Of a stretch of 64,000 bases of DNA, positions 45,893 to 55,158 are shown one piece after another. The stretch's first letter is position 1, and the number at the start of each line of letters is the position of its first letter. Position numbers and translations under genes: made by a program. Source of the stretch: an uncultured delta proteobacterium (GTDB lineage Bacteria; Desulfobacterota; Desulfomonilia; Desulfomonilales; Desulfomonilaceae); contig CAWBKB010000004.1 of the NCBI GenBank assembly GCA_963789265.1, forward strand, positions 263,998 to 327,997, given 5' to 3'. The notes below the pieces were generated by a model. It had not been told where the DNA came from and made no database searches. It saw only the letters and a program-made list of their open reading frames with translations.

Positions 45893-46667
45893 TATGCGAA
45901 CCTCCAGTGCTCAAAAGGAATCGTTGCATCATTGGTCTCCCTAAATGAAATTGAAGAAATCAGGTGGAGTATATCTTCGGCGTATTTTCGGGGCATGGCA
46001 ATCACCTCGGTGCTAAGACCATTTTGCCCAAGCAGGCGCAAGAGGAGAGCTAGAGCTACTTTCGCGCCGGGGCGAGATCCCGATTAAATGCCGGTCACAT
46101 ATTTTCAGCACTATATCATCAACGCGGGTAATTACACAGATGGGACTTGGTAACTGTCGGGAAGCTGTCGTTTGCCCCGTAACAGTACAAAAAATGGACT
46201 GGCTCCGGCACAAGTAAAATACGGAAAGTCACTGCATGTTAATGGAGCGAGTGAAGTTAGTCAACCTCAACTTGATTGGACTGGTAAAGTAATCCCTCGG
46301 CCGCGGGGGCGACAGAGCGGACGTCTGTCGAGTCAAGACGTCAGCGGGAGCCTCGATCATAGCCCGAGTCGCGGGAAGACAAGCAATCCCGCGTTATGCG
46401 GGGCCTTTCCACCGGCGAGTTTACTTTTCCGGGCGGTGGGATTTTCGCCCCAACAATATCATGTTAAGAATTATATACCTGTATAATTGCCATGTTATAT
46501 TGAATGTGAACTTTTAACTTGACGTAAACTTAAAGTGTTGCTACGGAAACTGAGACCATTATGCGGGGTTCATGAATTAATTTTCTGGACCTAAATGGTA
46601 ATTCAATCGAATATGCCATAATTCTTCCGTCAAACGCTGTGCAACACTGGGGAAAAGGAGAGTTAAA

Positions 46668-47291
46668 GTGAAAAAGAGCATAATCGCGGCTATTGTTCTC
46701 GTGGCGGTATCGGCACTAATCGCAGAGGCTTCTGAAAACATTGTCGCACTGGCCGATCGGGTGGTCGTTGACCGATCCACGCATAGCAAAGTGCTTAACG
46801 ACTACACACTTCTCACGCGGGACACCATCCAACGTGTCTGGACCACTCCAACCACTCTGAACAAGCCGGGCAATCTCAAAGGCCGGGTCGGCGTCGACTA
46901 CACCATTACCAGGAGCGGCGCCCTCGAGTCGGTGCGCTTGGTTCGGAGTTCGGGCAACCCTGACATGGACCGCACGTTGTTGGATGCCATACGATCGGCT
47001 GCGCCTTTCCCGCCCTTTCCAAACAAGATCGCAGCGCGACGGCTGGTGATACGGGCCAATTTTATTGTAGCCGACGTGCCGACAATCCCGGTAACAATGG
47101 TCGAACATGAGGTTCAAAGCAGCAAACCATCCCTGGACGCAGCGTCCGGCAAAGACACCAAGAAATTTATATGGGGCGCCCCGGCCGGCACTGCCGCGGA
47201 AAAGACACCTTCAGTCGAAAAGGGATTCCCGCCGGCACCTCTCCAGAAGAAGTACCACTGGGGTGCGGACATTCAGCCGGGGAATGACTGA
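46668..47291 (+). CDS. TonB C-terminal-domain protein
   Basis: Signal/anchor helix, then GRVGVDYTITRSGALESVRLVRSSGNPDMDRTLLDAIRSAAPFPPFP, which matches the TonB_C pattern. GTG start follows AAAAGGAGAG. Confidence 0.6.
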   Translation: MKKSIIAAIVLVAVSALIAEASENIVALADRVVVDRSTHSKVLNDYTLLTRDTIQRVWTTPTTLNKPGNLKGRVGVDYTITRSGALESVRLVRSSGNPDMDRTLLDAIRSAAPFPPFPNKIAARRLVIRANFIVADVPTIPVTMVEHEVQSSKPSLDAASGKDTKKFIWGAPAGTAAEKTPSVEKGFPPAPLQKKYHWGADIQPGND

Positions 47292-47396
47292 AGGCTTCTA
47301 ATATCAGTGCTCCCTCAAACAAGTAATAATCATGGAATGTTATGGTTGGGCAGTACCCCGCGGAACGTGAAGTCACCTCGGACTTCGCCCATAGGC

Positions 47397-47550
47397 GCTA
47401 ACTTAAAGCAATTTTCTTTCCTTTGAACAGGGTCCCGTGCCATCAAAGTCCCCCTTTTCTAAAGGGGGATTTAGGGGAATTTTCAAAGAGTTAGACCAAA
47501 ATCCCCCCTAACCCTCCTTTACAAAAGGGGGGCAAAATCCTTAAGTTAGC
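47397..47550. repeat. 154-bp MITE-like element with 11-bp terminal inverted repeats
   Basis: gctaacttaaa (47397-47407) and cttaagttagc (47540-47550) are inverted repeats matching at 10/11 positions. Internal hairpins are ccccctttt-cta-aaggggg and cccccc...gggggg. A related fragment lies at 5425-5458. Confidence 0.65.
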
Positions 47551-47766
47551 CCTTTTCCACGATCTCTCCCATACTAAGCAGATTCCTGCCTCGGCCCCAT
47601 CATTTAAGGTTGCGCTCACCGCCGAGCCGTTATATAGAATCGGGTATTCAGAGGTCCCTCAAGAATCACGTTGTTCGCTATAGAGGTAGCTTTTCGCTAT
47701 TTGCGGGCTTCGTACCACTTGAGGACTGCAAGTCAAATGACTGTCGGCAACAGTACAGGGTGAAGC

Positions 47767-47964
47767 ATGGCTGTAAATCAAAAGTTGTTGGAAATATTGG
47801 TTTGTCCCAAGTGCAAAGGGGATCTCGTTCTTACAGAGGCCGAAGATGGGCTTATTTGTCATGCCTGCCGGCTGAAGTACGAGATCAAAGATGACATACC
47901 AATAATGCTTATCGATGAAGCTATTCCACTCGACCGAGAGGAGGAAACACCGAAAACCGAATGA
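47767..47964 (+). CDS. Trm112/YcaR-family small zinc-ribbon protein
   Basis: LLEILVCPKCKGDL....L.C..C...Y.I.D.IP.ML..EA. Confidence 0.85.
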   Translation: MAVNQKLLEILVCPKCKGDLVLTEAEDGLICHACRLKYEIKDDIPIMLIDEAIPLDREEETPKTE

Positions 47965-47992
47965 TGAGGATGCCTCAGCCCGGGAGTGTGGG

Positions 47993-48991
47993 ATGGCTGC
48001 AGACACGCAGAAGAGCAACAGCCCACGTGTAAATATCTTCCTGGAATATCTTGTATACTTACTGTTTCGCCTGGCGGAAGAAGCCATCTGTCTGATGCCT
48101 GACGACCGAACTACTTTGGCTGTGGGTCGTTTCTTTGGCCGCCTGATGTTCATGTTGGGGGGGAACCGCAGGGAGGCAGCCCTGGAAAACCTCACAGTTG
48201 CCTTTGGACAGGAGCGAAGCCCGCAGGAAATCCGGCAGATCGCTCTCAGGAATCTTGAACATCTCGGAATGTTGGGCGTGGAGTTTTTCAGGATCAGACG
48301 CTGGTCTCAGGATAAACTGGCCGAAAAGCTGATAATTGGGTGCAAACATAATTTTGATTTGGCTTGGTTCCCCAGCGGAAAAGGCATCTTTTACGGTACC
48401 GCTCACTTCGGCAGTTTCGAGGTTTTGGCAGCGATGAGCCGGTTCATGGGCTTAAAGGGTAAGCTCGTCGTCACTGCAGCCCCCAACAGATTCGTCAACC
48501 GAAACATGTTCTTCCGTCGCGGGGGCGACGAGAGTGGTTTGAACATTTTGCCTCATCGCGGTATTGTTCATCCTGTACTTCGTTGTCTGCACGAAGGCGA
48601 AATGGTGGTTGTGCTGGCAGATCAAAGGGGCGATGATGCTCGACCTGTTTGGGTCGATTTCTTCGGGAGAAAGGTATTGGCAAATGGGGTATTTGCACGC
48701 TTCGCTTCCGAAAGCGACGCGTACGTGTTTTCTATTGTTTGCATCTGCACGTAGGACGAGAAGTATCGCTGCATTTTCGGTGAAGAGATACCTATTCAAA
48801 GGACGGATGACAAAGGCAACGACTTGGTGGTAAATTCCCAGCGTTTTCATGAGGTATTCGAGGCGTGGCTAAGGGCATATCCCGGACAGGGTTTTTGGAT
48901 GCATCGGAAATTCAAGAGGAAGAACGGGAAACGCAGAAGAATGGAAGCCCCTGCGGCGTTGCCCGCTCGCCGAATGCAATATGACGGATAA
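47993..48991 (+). pseudogene. Lipid A biosynthesis (LpxL/HtrB-type) lysophospholipid acyltransferase with in-frame TAG at 48752-48754
   Basis: After the TAG the same frame continues for 79 codons: DEKYRCIFGEEIP...AYPGQGFWMHRKFKRK. This is the family's C-terminal PxQW.W.HRR(W/F)K motif. It ends at TAA 48989-48991, overlapping the next gene's ATG at 48981. Confidence 0.75.
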
Positions 48992-50072
48992 AGTTAGACC
49001 TCCAGCGCTACCTTCACGCATTGTCGTCAGAGGAACAAACTGGGTTGGCGACACTGTAATGAGTGTGCCCGCGATCAAGGAGTTAAGGAGAATTTTTCCT
49101 TCGACCCGGATCACTTTTTGGGTCAGGTCCGGACTGGCGCCTTTAGTGGCAGCGACAGGGGTTCCTGACGACTTGATTTCCTTCGACGGCAATTCCGGCG
49201 GCCCGATGCAAAGGCCGTTCCGTATGCGGGGCAAACTTGCCTCGGGCAAATTCGATATGTCGGTACATCTACAGAATGCCTTTGAGAGCGCATTCAGCTC
49301 TTGGCTGGCAAGAATACCTTTGAGGGCAGGCTATCCAACCGATCTTCGAGGTCCTCTTCTCAATATTAGAATCCCTCTGACCAGACGGATCAAGAGCAAA
49401 CATCAGGTATTTTACTATCTTGCCATAACGAGGTTCCTGGAAGTCTATTTCACGGACAGAGACAAATCTGCCGAAGAGGCTCCCGATTGCTCCATTCCCG
49501 TCAGGCGAGAGGATTGCTCCAGGGCCCAAGATCTTATTGCATCTCGCGGGGCGAGACTCGATCGCCCAGTCGTTTGTCTTTGTCCAGGATCGGTGAATTC
49601 TGAGGCAAAGAGATGGCCCGGCGAAAATTTTGCCCGCCTGGCGGATCTTCTCACCGACCGAATGGGGGCGCAGGTAGTATTTCTAGGGTCACCTCAGGAA
49701 GAAGCCCTTGTTGAAGGAATCATGTCAATGGTTCGGAATTCGAGCGCCGTCCATCTTGTGGGATCTGATATGATGACTTCCATGGCTGTCATGAAGCAGT
49801 CCGAGCTGGTGATTTCCAACGACACGGGTAGTGCTCATCTGGCCGTGGCATCATGCGCGCGGGTCCTGACTATCTTCGGACCAACCAACCCCGGCGCTAC
49901 TGCACCATACGGAGCTGATACTCACATCATACAGGGCAATGCCCCGTGCGCTCCTTGCCGCCATTTCCGCTGCCCTTTCAAGGATCATCCTTGCATGAGA
50001 AGCGTCGATCCCGAAGCAGTTCTCGGTAAGGCAGAGGAAATTGTGTCCGGATTCTCGCGTCCTCGGAAATGA
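48981..50072 (+). CDS. ADP-heptose:LPS heptosyltransferase (glycosyltransferase family 9)
   Basis: RIVVRGTNWVGDTVMSVPAIKELRRIFP N-terminus and C-terminal ISNDTGSAHLA. Confidence 0.85.
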   Translation: MTDKVRPPALPSRIVVRGTNWVGDTVMSVPAIKELRRIFPSTRITFWVRSGLAPLVAATGVPDDLISFDGNSGGPMQRPFRMRGKLASGKFDMSVHLQNAFESAFSSWLARIPLRAGYPTDLRGPLLNIRIPLTRRIKSKHQVFYYLAITRFLEVYFTDRDKSAEEAPDCSIPVRREDCSRAQDLIASRGARLDRPVVCLCPGSVNSEAKRWPGENFARLADLLTDRMGAQVVFLGSPQEEALVEGIMSMVRNSSAVHLVGSDMMTSMAVMKQSELVISNDTGSAHLAVASCARVLTIFGPTNPGATAPYGADTHIIQGNAPCAPCRHFRCPFKDHPCMRSVDPEAVLGKAEEIVSGFSRPRK

Positions 50073-50088
50073 CGCGGCTACGCGAAAG

Positions 50089-50988
50089 ATGGAATCGGAA
50101 ACTCACCCGTTGATAAGCGTAATAATTCCGACGTTCAATGGAGTCAATCTCCTGAAGGAAACAGTCGAGTCGGTAAGGAGTCAGACTTTCCGGGACTTCG
50201 AAATTATAGTTGTAAATGATGGGTCCACGGACGGGACGCGGGAGTGGTTGCAGGCTCAGAGTGACGCGCGCTGGCTGGAACAAGAAAACAGTGGAATTGC
50301 AACTTCGCGAAACAACGGCGCGGCGGCTGCACAAGGTGCGTGGTTCGCTTTCCTGGACCATGACGACCTGTGGGCGCCCGAAAAGCTCAAAATCCAAGCC
50401 GATTTTGTCTTACAAAATCCTGATGTTGCATTAGTCGCAGCCCGGCACATCAGGCTCGGCAAAAAATTCCGTAGCCCGCGGAGGCGGACATGGATCAAGG
50501 GGGACCTCCTAGTCAAGGAGTTCAGTGAAAGTTTCATTCACACCTCTTCTGTTATGATACGCAGGGACGTTTTCAAGGAGATTGGCGGGTTTCAACCCCA
50601 CTATCGCTTTGCTGACGAGTTCGATGTATGGTTAAAAATCGCAGCATCCTACCCGATAGCTTACGTGGACGAGCCGCTGGTATTTATCCGGGTTCATGAG
50701 GCGAACACAAGCCACAACCGGGTTGGCGTTCGTCACGACACCTATGATATCCTTCTAAGGCAGTATAATCCCGCTCGTATCCCTGTACGGATCTTTATGA
50801 GGACTGTCTCGGATCATGACATTTCCTTTGGTAGGGCCCATCTTAACTCCGGAAACATGTCTGAGGCTGTTAGCTGGTTTCGCCGATCGGTTCGGAGGAC
50901 TCCTCTCCGGCTGCGAAGCTGGCGATACTACCTGCGATACTCCATAGCTCATGCCTTGCAGCGGACATACGGCAAACAGGTCAAATAG
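50089..50988 (+). CDS. Glycosyltransferase family 2
   Basis: ISVIIPTFNG, IIVVNDGSTDGT and FLDHDDLW (DxD) motifs. Confidence 0.85.
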   Translation: MESETHPLISVIIPTFNGVNLLKETVESVRSQTFRDFEIIVVNDGSTDGTREWLQAQSDARWLEQENSGIATSRNNGAAAAQGAWFAFLDHDDLWAPEKLKIQADFVLQNPDVALVAARHIRLGKKFRSPRRRTWIKGDLLVKEFSESFIHTSSVMIRRDVFKEIGGFQPHYRFADEFDVWLKIAASYPIAYVDEPLVFIRVHEANTSHNRVGVRHDTYDILLRQYNPARIPVRIFMRTVSDHDISFGRAHLNSGNMSEAVSWFRRSVRRTPLRLRSWRYYLRYSIAHALQRTYGKQVK

Positions 50989-51019
50989 TAGATTCCAGTC
51001 CAGCCTGACACGGGACAGA

Positions 51020-51925
51020 GTGTTGAATACTTCTTTCGAAATTCACCCTGAAGCGTCAACAATCCTCAATTGCGACGAAGAGGACCTACCCGAATTTGCG
51101 TTGAAGGCTATTGAGAAGCATGCGCGCCTCCTTCGAACGAACAGTGGAGCAATTCGGAAGGATGCCCCTGAGAGTGCGGTAACTTTGGTGGACTTACTCG
51201 AATTTCCGCGAGTTTGTGTTAAGGAATTTCGGTGGAGAGGATGGCTTCATGCGTTGAAAGGGTTGTTCCGGCCTACACAGGGACTGAGGACGTACCGGAA
51301 CGGGCGCCGATTGTCTCAGATGGGAATCAGTTGTGCACGACCGCTTGCTTTGATTCGGCAGCGTATTTTCGGAATTGTGCAGTCGGAATGGGTTATTATG
51401 GAGATAGTCCCGGACGCCCTGGAGTTGGATCGATACATAACCCAACGGGTCGCCGACGGGTGGACACCGGATGAGAAAAGAGGGCTGGCCAGGCTGTTCG
51501 GGCGATTTGTCGGAACAATCCACGCCCGAGGGGTCTTTCATTCGGATTTGAAGACTTGCAATATTGTCGTGTCCACGCACGGTTCATCAGCTCAGACAGG
51601 CTCAGACCCGTTGGAGTCTAGTGCGCGGCCGTTTGCTACCTCGTGGAACGCCGTTGGCTTCTCGTTGTTGGACTATGATGACGTCAGCATTTCTAGTGAA
51701 GTCACGGACAAAAAACGTGTCAAAAACCTGGCCCAAATATTCTTGTCCGTTCCTGTCTCCGTCAAAGCGTCCCAACGGCTGTTGTTTTTCAATGAATATG
51801 CTTTGCATGCGGGATTGGGGCGCAAGCGTAAGCGCGAAATCGCCCGGGGGGTTATCAAAGCGGCCTGGGGAAAAGAGATCCTTTACGTGGGATTCGATGG
51901 GGACGTTCGAGAGAGATGGAACTGA
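51020..51925 (+). CDS. Lipopolysaccharide kinase (Kdo/WaaP) family protein (start uncertain)
   Basis: GVFHSDLKTCNIVV catalytic-loop motif and LLDYDD. GTG 51020 is the first start after the upstream stop; the listed ORF begins at 50951. Confidence 0.6.
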   Translation: MLNTSFEIHPEASTILNCDEEDLPEFALKAIEKHARLLRTNSGAIRKDAPESAVTLVDLLEFPRVCVKEFRWRGWLHALKGLFRPTQGLRTYRNGRRLSQMGISCARPLALIRQRIFGIVQSEWVIMEIVPDALELDRYITQRVADGWTPDEKRGLARLFGRFVGTIHARGVFHSDLKTCNIVVSTHGSSAQTGSDPLESSARPFATSWNAVGFSLLDYDDVSISSEVTDKKRVKNLAQIFLSVPVSVKASQRLLFFNEYALHAGLGRKRKREIARGVIKAAWGKEILYVGFDGDVRERWN

Positions 51926-51969
51926 GTTGATTCACTTTTCGTCGCAGGTGCCTCCGAATCTATGATATG

Positions 51970-52218
51970 CTAACCGACGATAATGAGGGGTTTCTGCTCC
52001 CCTTTGACGATTTTATCACCCACCGATGTGCCGCAATTGACACAAAGATATTCGTACTTTTCTCCTTCAGGAAGCACCAGCAGAAGGCGCTCCCGTACGG
52101 GCATTGCCCTGCGACACTTCGGACAATACAACTCGGTAGCGCGAAATTTCTCAAATTGCTTTTGTTTTGGTGCCGCACGTCGGGGCATCTCTGATTTTCG
52201 TGTGACAAATCGCTGCAT
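51970..52218 (-). CDS. Small zinc-ribbon protein (CPKC...CVNC), unknown function
   Basis: Two CxxC pairs about 25 residues apart. The start is uncertain (ATG 52218 or the upstream start at 52260). Confidence 0.4.
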   Translation of the reverse strand: MQRFVTRKSEMPRRAAPKQKQFEKFRATELYCPKCRRAMPVRERLLLVLPEGEKYEYLCVNCGTSVGDKIVKGEQKPLIIVG

Positions 52219-52542
52219 GGCATCTCCTGAATTCAGCCCGGAGTTTTTTATCAATGTCAAACCGAACTCTCAAAGTAAATAGAAATTAGCAACGAATGGT
52301 CAGAACGTCAATTCATGGCAAAGTAGAGGCTCGGTGGGTTCGTCCTTTTCATGTAACTGCTCATACCAATTCACTTTCAAGAAAGCGACTGTGGTTGGTT
52401 ATCAAATGATGAATACGGCACGGATCTGACAAAGCTTCAAGCGGGACGCGGGATGGCACCCAGGACCTCATGAACGCATGTTGGGTGCCACTGAGCTGGG
52501 CACCGTCATGGTGCCAGATCGAGCGCGGTTCGCTGTTCTCTC

Positions 52543-52635
52543 GTTCCCAGGCTCTGCCTCGACCATGATAGCGAAATAAAGGCAGTTTCCGGGCAGAGCC
52601 CACGAGATATGGGTTACGAGGCAGAGCCTGGGAAC
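52543..52635. repeat. Perfect 19-bp inverted repeat pair (REP-like)
   Basis: gttcccaggctctgcctcg (52543-52561) versus cgaggcagagcctgggaac (52617-52635). A GTCATTGCGAG-family arm follows at 52640-52698. Confidence 0.75.
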
Positions 52636-52755
52636 CAGAAAAGCAATCTCCCTCTTCAAGGACTTGGATTGCTTCGTCGTTTTACTCCTCGCAATGACAC
52701 GGAACCACCAATTCCTCCTCGTAACTGACACATTACCTTTTTGTGAATGCTATCA

Positions 52756-52785
52756 TTGACAAAATCGTTATTTGTCTGCTATAAT
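52756..52785 (+). promoter_or_regulatory. Strong sigma-70-type promoter candidate
   Basis: TTGACA (52756-52761), an 18-nt spacer and TATAAT (52780-52785), about 70 nt upstream of ATG 52856. Confidence 0.5.
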
Positions 52786-52855
52786 ACTAATAAAATTGAC
52801 GCAGTTGTAATATGTTGGGTCGTGCGATTCCGGCCCGACTTCTAGGGAGACCGCT

Positions 52856-53161
52856 ATGAAACGAGTATTTTTGGCCCTGCTTCTCGTGACCGTGGCATCA
52901 ATGCCGGCTTTTTCATTTTTGATCGTTCCTCCAGCGTTTACATTCGGTCTCGACCGTGACGCGGCATGCCTGAATCAGTGTGTCAATGCGCCGTGTTACT
53001 TCCCTCCGGTGCTCAATCCTTGCGCTGTCCCCTGCCGACCACCCGGAATCCAGATTCAAGCTGTTCCATGTGCCTTTGACACCGCCTGTCCGTCTGTTCG
53101 ACTCCCTTGCTACGGCGTTTCCTACGGCGACAATCCGTACCCATTGTTCTTGTTCCGATAG
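52856..53161 (+). CDS. Small secreted Cys/Pro-rich protein, no recognisable family
   Basis: Signal peptide MKRVFLALLLVTVASMPAFS and GGGAGA RBS. I count eight cysteines in the mature part. Confidence 0.5.
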   Translation: MKRVFLALLLVTVASMPAFSFLIVPPAFTFGLDRDAACLNQCVNAPCYFPPVLNPCAVPCRPPGIQIQAVPCAFDTACPSVRLPCYGVSYGDNPYPLFLFR

Positions 53162-53499
53162 CCCAGCGGGAGCTTACGTCCTTCACGAAGAGGGAGGGAT
53201 GAGCTGAAATAATTCGTGGCTCGCCCCCTGACTTTTTGGAGTAACCCTGCCATTCTTCACCCCGGACTCCGATCCGGAGGTAGGCCGGGCCATGCTCGAT
53301 CTACCGAAGCGCGGGACGGCGGCCACGGCCCGCCCTACCAAATATATGTCCTTTGTTTGAAAGTTGATCGGTATCAATTGCTTCCCGCCGTATTCTTTTG
53401 ACTTGACGGCATGCCTGTTTGTACCTTAATAAAATGGCCGGGGAGTTTAGGGCCGAAGTTGCCTGAAAGTCGGCTGCTGATTCGTTTTACTGGGAGGTT

Positions 53500-54537
53500 A
53501 TGGAAATCATGGCAGTTTTCTGCCGGGGAAGGGTGCTATTCCTTGTGGGGAGTGTCCTTGCCTGCACTCTTTGGAGTTGGTCTTCACCCATCTCCGCCGA
53601 GGAGTCGGCGGTCAAAGGGCTACTTCTCACTCTAAATTATCCGCAGCGGGTCCAGCAACCTAAGCCTGCGGCGTACCCGGATATCGAGAAGCTACTTTCC
53701 GAACCTTTGGACCGGGTGGAGGATCGCAGCCACGGCTCTTCTGACAACGCGTTGAAATTTCCGTTTACAGAAAACCATCTTCGCAAACAAAAAGAGACCG
53801 GATGGAAGACTTCCGGAAATTTTCTCCCCGGCACGGCCTCGTTAGGGTCCGTTTCGGAGTACCGGACCCGTCTTGCTTCCCTTGATCCTATGATCCCAGC
53901 GGCCAGAAAATTCGGACGGACCATGTTGGATTCGGGGACAAGTCTTTCGTCCACGGGCCACCCCATGGGAGCTGCAGTGTCGGTCTATTCCGGCTTTGAG
54001 GTTCAGGTGGACAAGATGAGGTTCACCTTGAAACTCTACGGAATAAGAAATGACAACAACCGGTCTTTACTTTTCGAATGCAGGACAGGACTCGGATCGC
54101 CGGAATTCCCGACTCCTGGTGGAACTTATTACTTGGTGAGGATTTTTGACGATCATCCTCTATGGGTCCCGCCACCCGACCGAGATTGGGCTTATGGACA
54201 AATTCCAAGCCACTCTGTCTATGGCGGACGCATGATGCCTCTTTTCAAGAAATCTCCCATCAGAGACGAAGCGAAAGTCCGCGATGCGGTCACTTTGTTG
54301 GACAGCATAGCTCCCCGAATGAAGTTAGCCGATACCGGTACGTATCGCATACACGGGACCAGCTCCCCGTGGAGCATAGGTTACGGTCAATCTCACGGCT
54401 GCGTTCGCTTGCTCAACAAGTCCGCGAAACAGTTGTCGGACACGCTGGAAAAGTACGTCGGCACTACCACCAGAGGAGTGACCGACAACGGTCCATACAT
54501 AAACCTGGCCAGAATGGTAAAGGTGATCCTAAAATAA
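53500..54537 (+). CDS. L,D-transpeptidase (YkuD) domain protein
   Basis: C-terminal YRIHGTSSPWSIGYGQSHGCVRL (HG...SHGC(V/I)R catalytic motif). N-terminal signal peptide. Confidence 0.8.
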   Translation: MEIMAVFCRGRVLFLVGSVLACTLWSWSSPISAEESAVKGLLLTLNYPQRVQQPKPAAYPDIEKLLSEPLDRVEDRSHGSSDNALKFPFTENHLRKQKETGWKTSGNFLPGTASLGSVSEYRTRLASLDPMIPAARKFGRTMLDSGTSLSSTGHPMGAAVSVYSGFEVQVDKMRFTLKLYGIRNDNNRSLLFECRTGLGSPEFPTPGGTYYLVRIFDDHPLWVPPPDRDWAYGQIPSHSVYGGRMMPLFKKSPIRDEAKVRDAVTLLDSIAPRMKLADTGTYRIHGTSSPWSIGYGQSHGCVRLLNKSAKQLSDTLEKYVGTTTRGVTDNGPYINLARMVKVILK

Positions 54538-55158
54538 AATCAAAGGTTGGTCGCTAGAACGAGCTTTAAGAGATTGGCGGAAATCAGGATTCACCGTCCG
54601 CCAGGCGGGGGGATGCGCCGCAAGCCCTAACCCGACACGGTGGGAGAGATGGGCTCAGGCTTTCGTTTGTGACCAAAAGCTTGTTCGCTGCCGCCCCTGT
54701 CTCTTCGGGCACTTTGGCACTCATCCAGAGCTGTAGCGGCCTCCTGCCGGCAGCAAGGGGTGTTGCTTTGTACTGAATGTGCATTTGTTCGAACGTGCCC
54801 GATGCTTTTGCTAATGTCATGAGTGCGATAGAACTATTGGAACTTGAAAAAGCCTGATGTTGTCAGTTGAATGGAGGAGCGGCTCACTGGACCTTTGACT
54901 TGAGAAACGATTTGAGAGAGGGATTTTGACAATCACAAACCAGCTCGGCGGTAATTGTTCGACATCCTGCGGTCGGACGCATTCGGATATGCGTCAAGTG
55001 CGCTATTGCCATAGTCGCGGAACCGGCAACGAATCTTACGCCTTTTCCGGCGCAACGGACGAAGCCATGAGGAGGCTGGGAAGGTATTCTTCCGGGGTTA
55101 GTTTTAAGTGCTCGGAGCTTTTTTTTCTGCGAATTGAAAGGGGGGGCCGGCACAGTAG

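Noticed and set aside
48752-48754. TAG in the lpxL-like gene as a programmed pyrrolysine codon
   Set aside because: No pylT or pylSBCD genes are visible in the window, and the gene family is not known to use Pyl. A nonsense mutation or base error is more parsimonious. It is kept as a finding only for verification.
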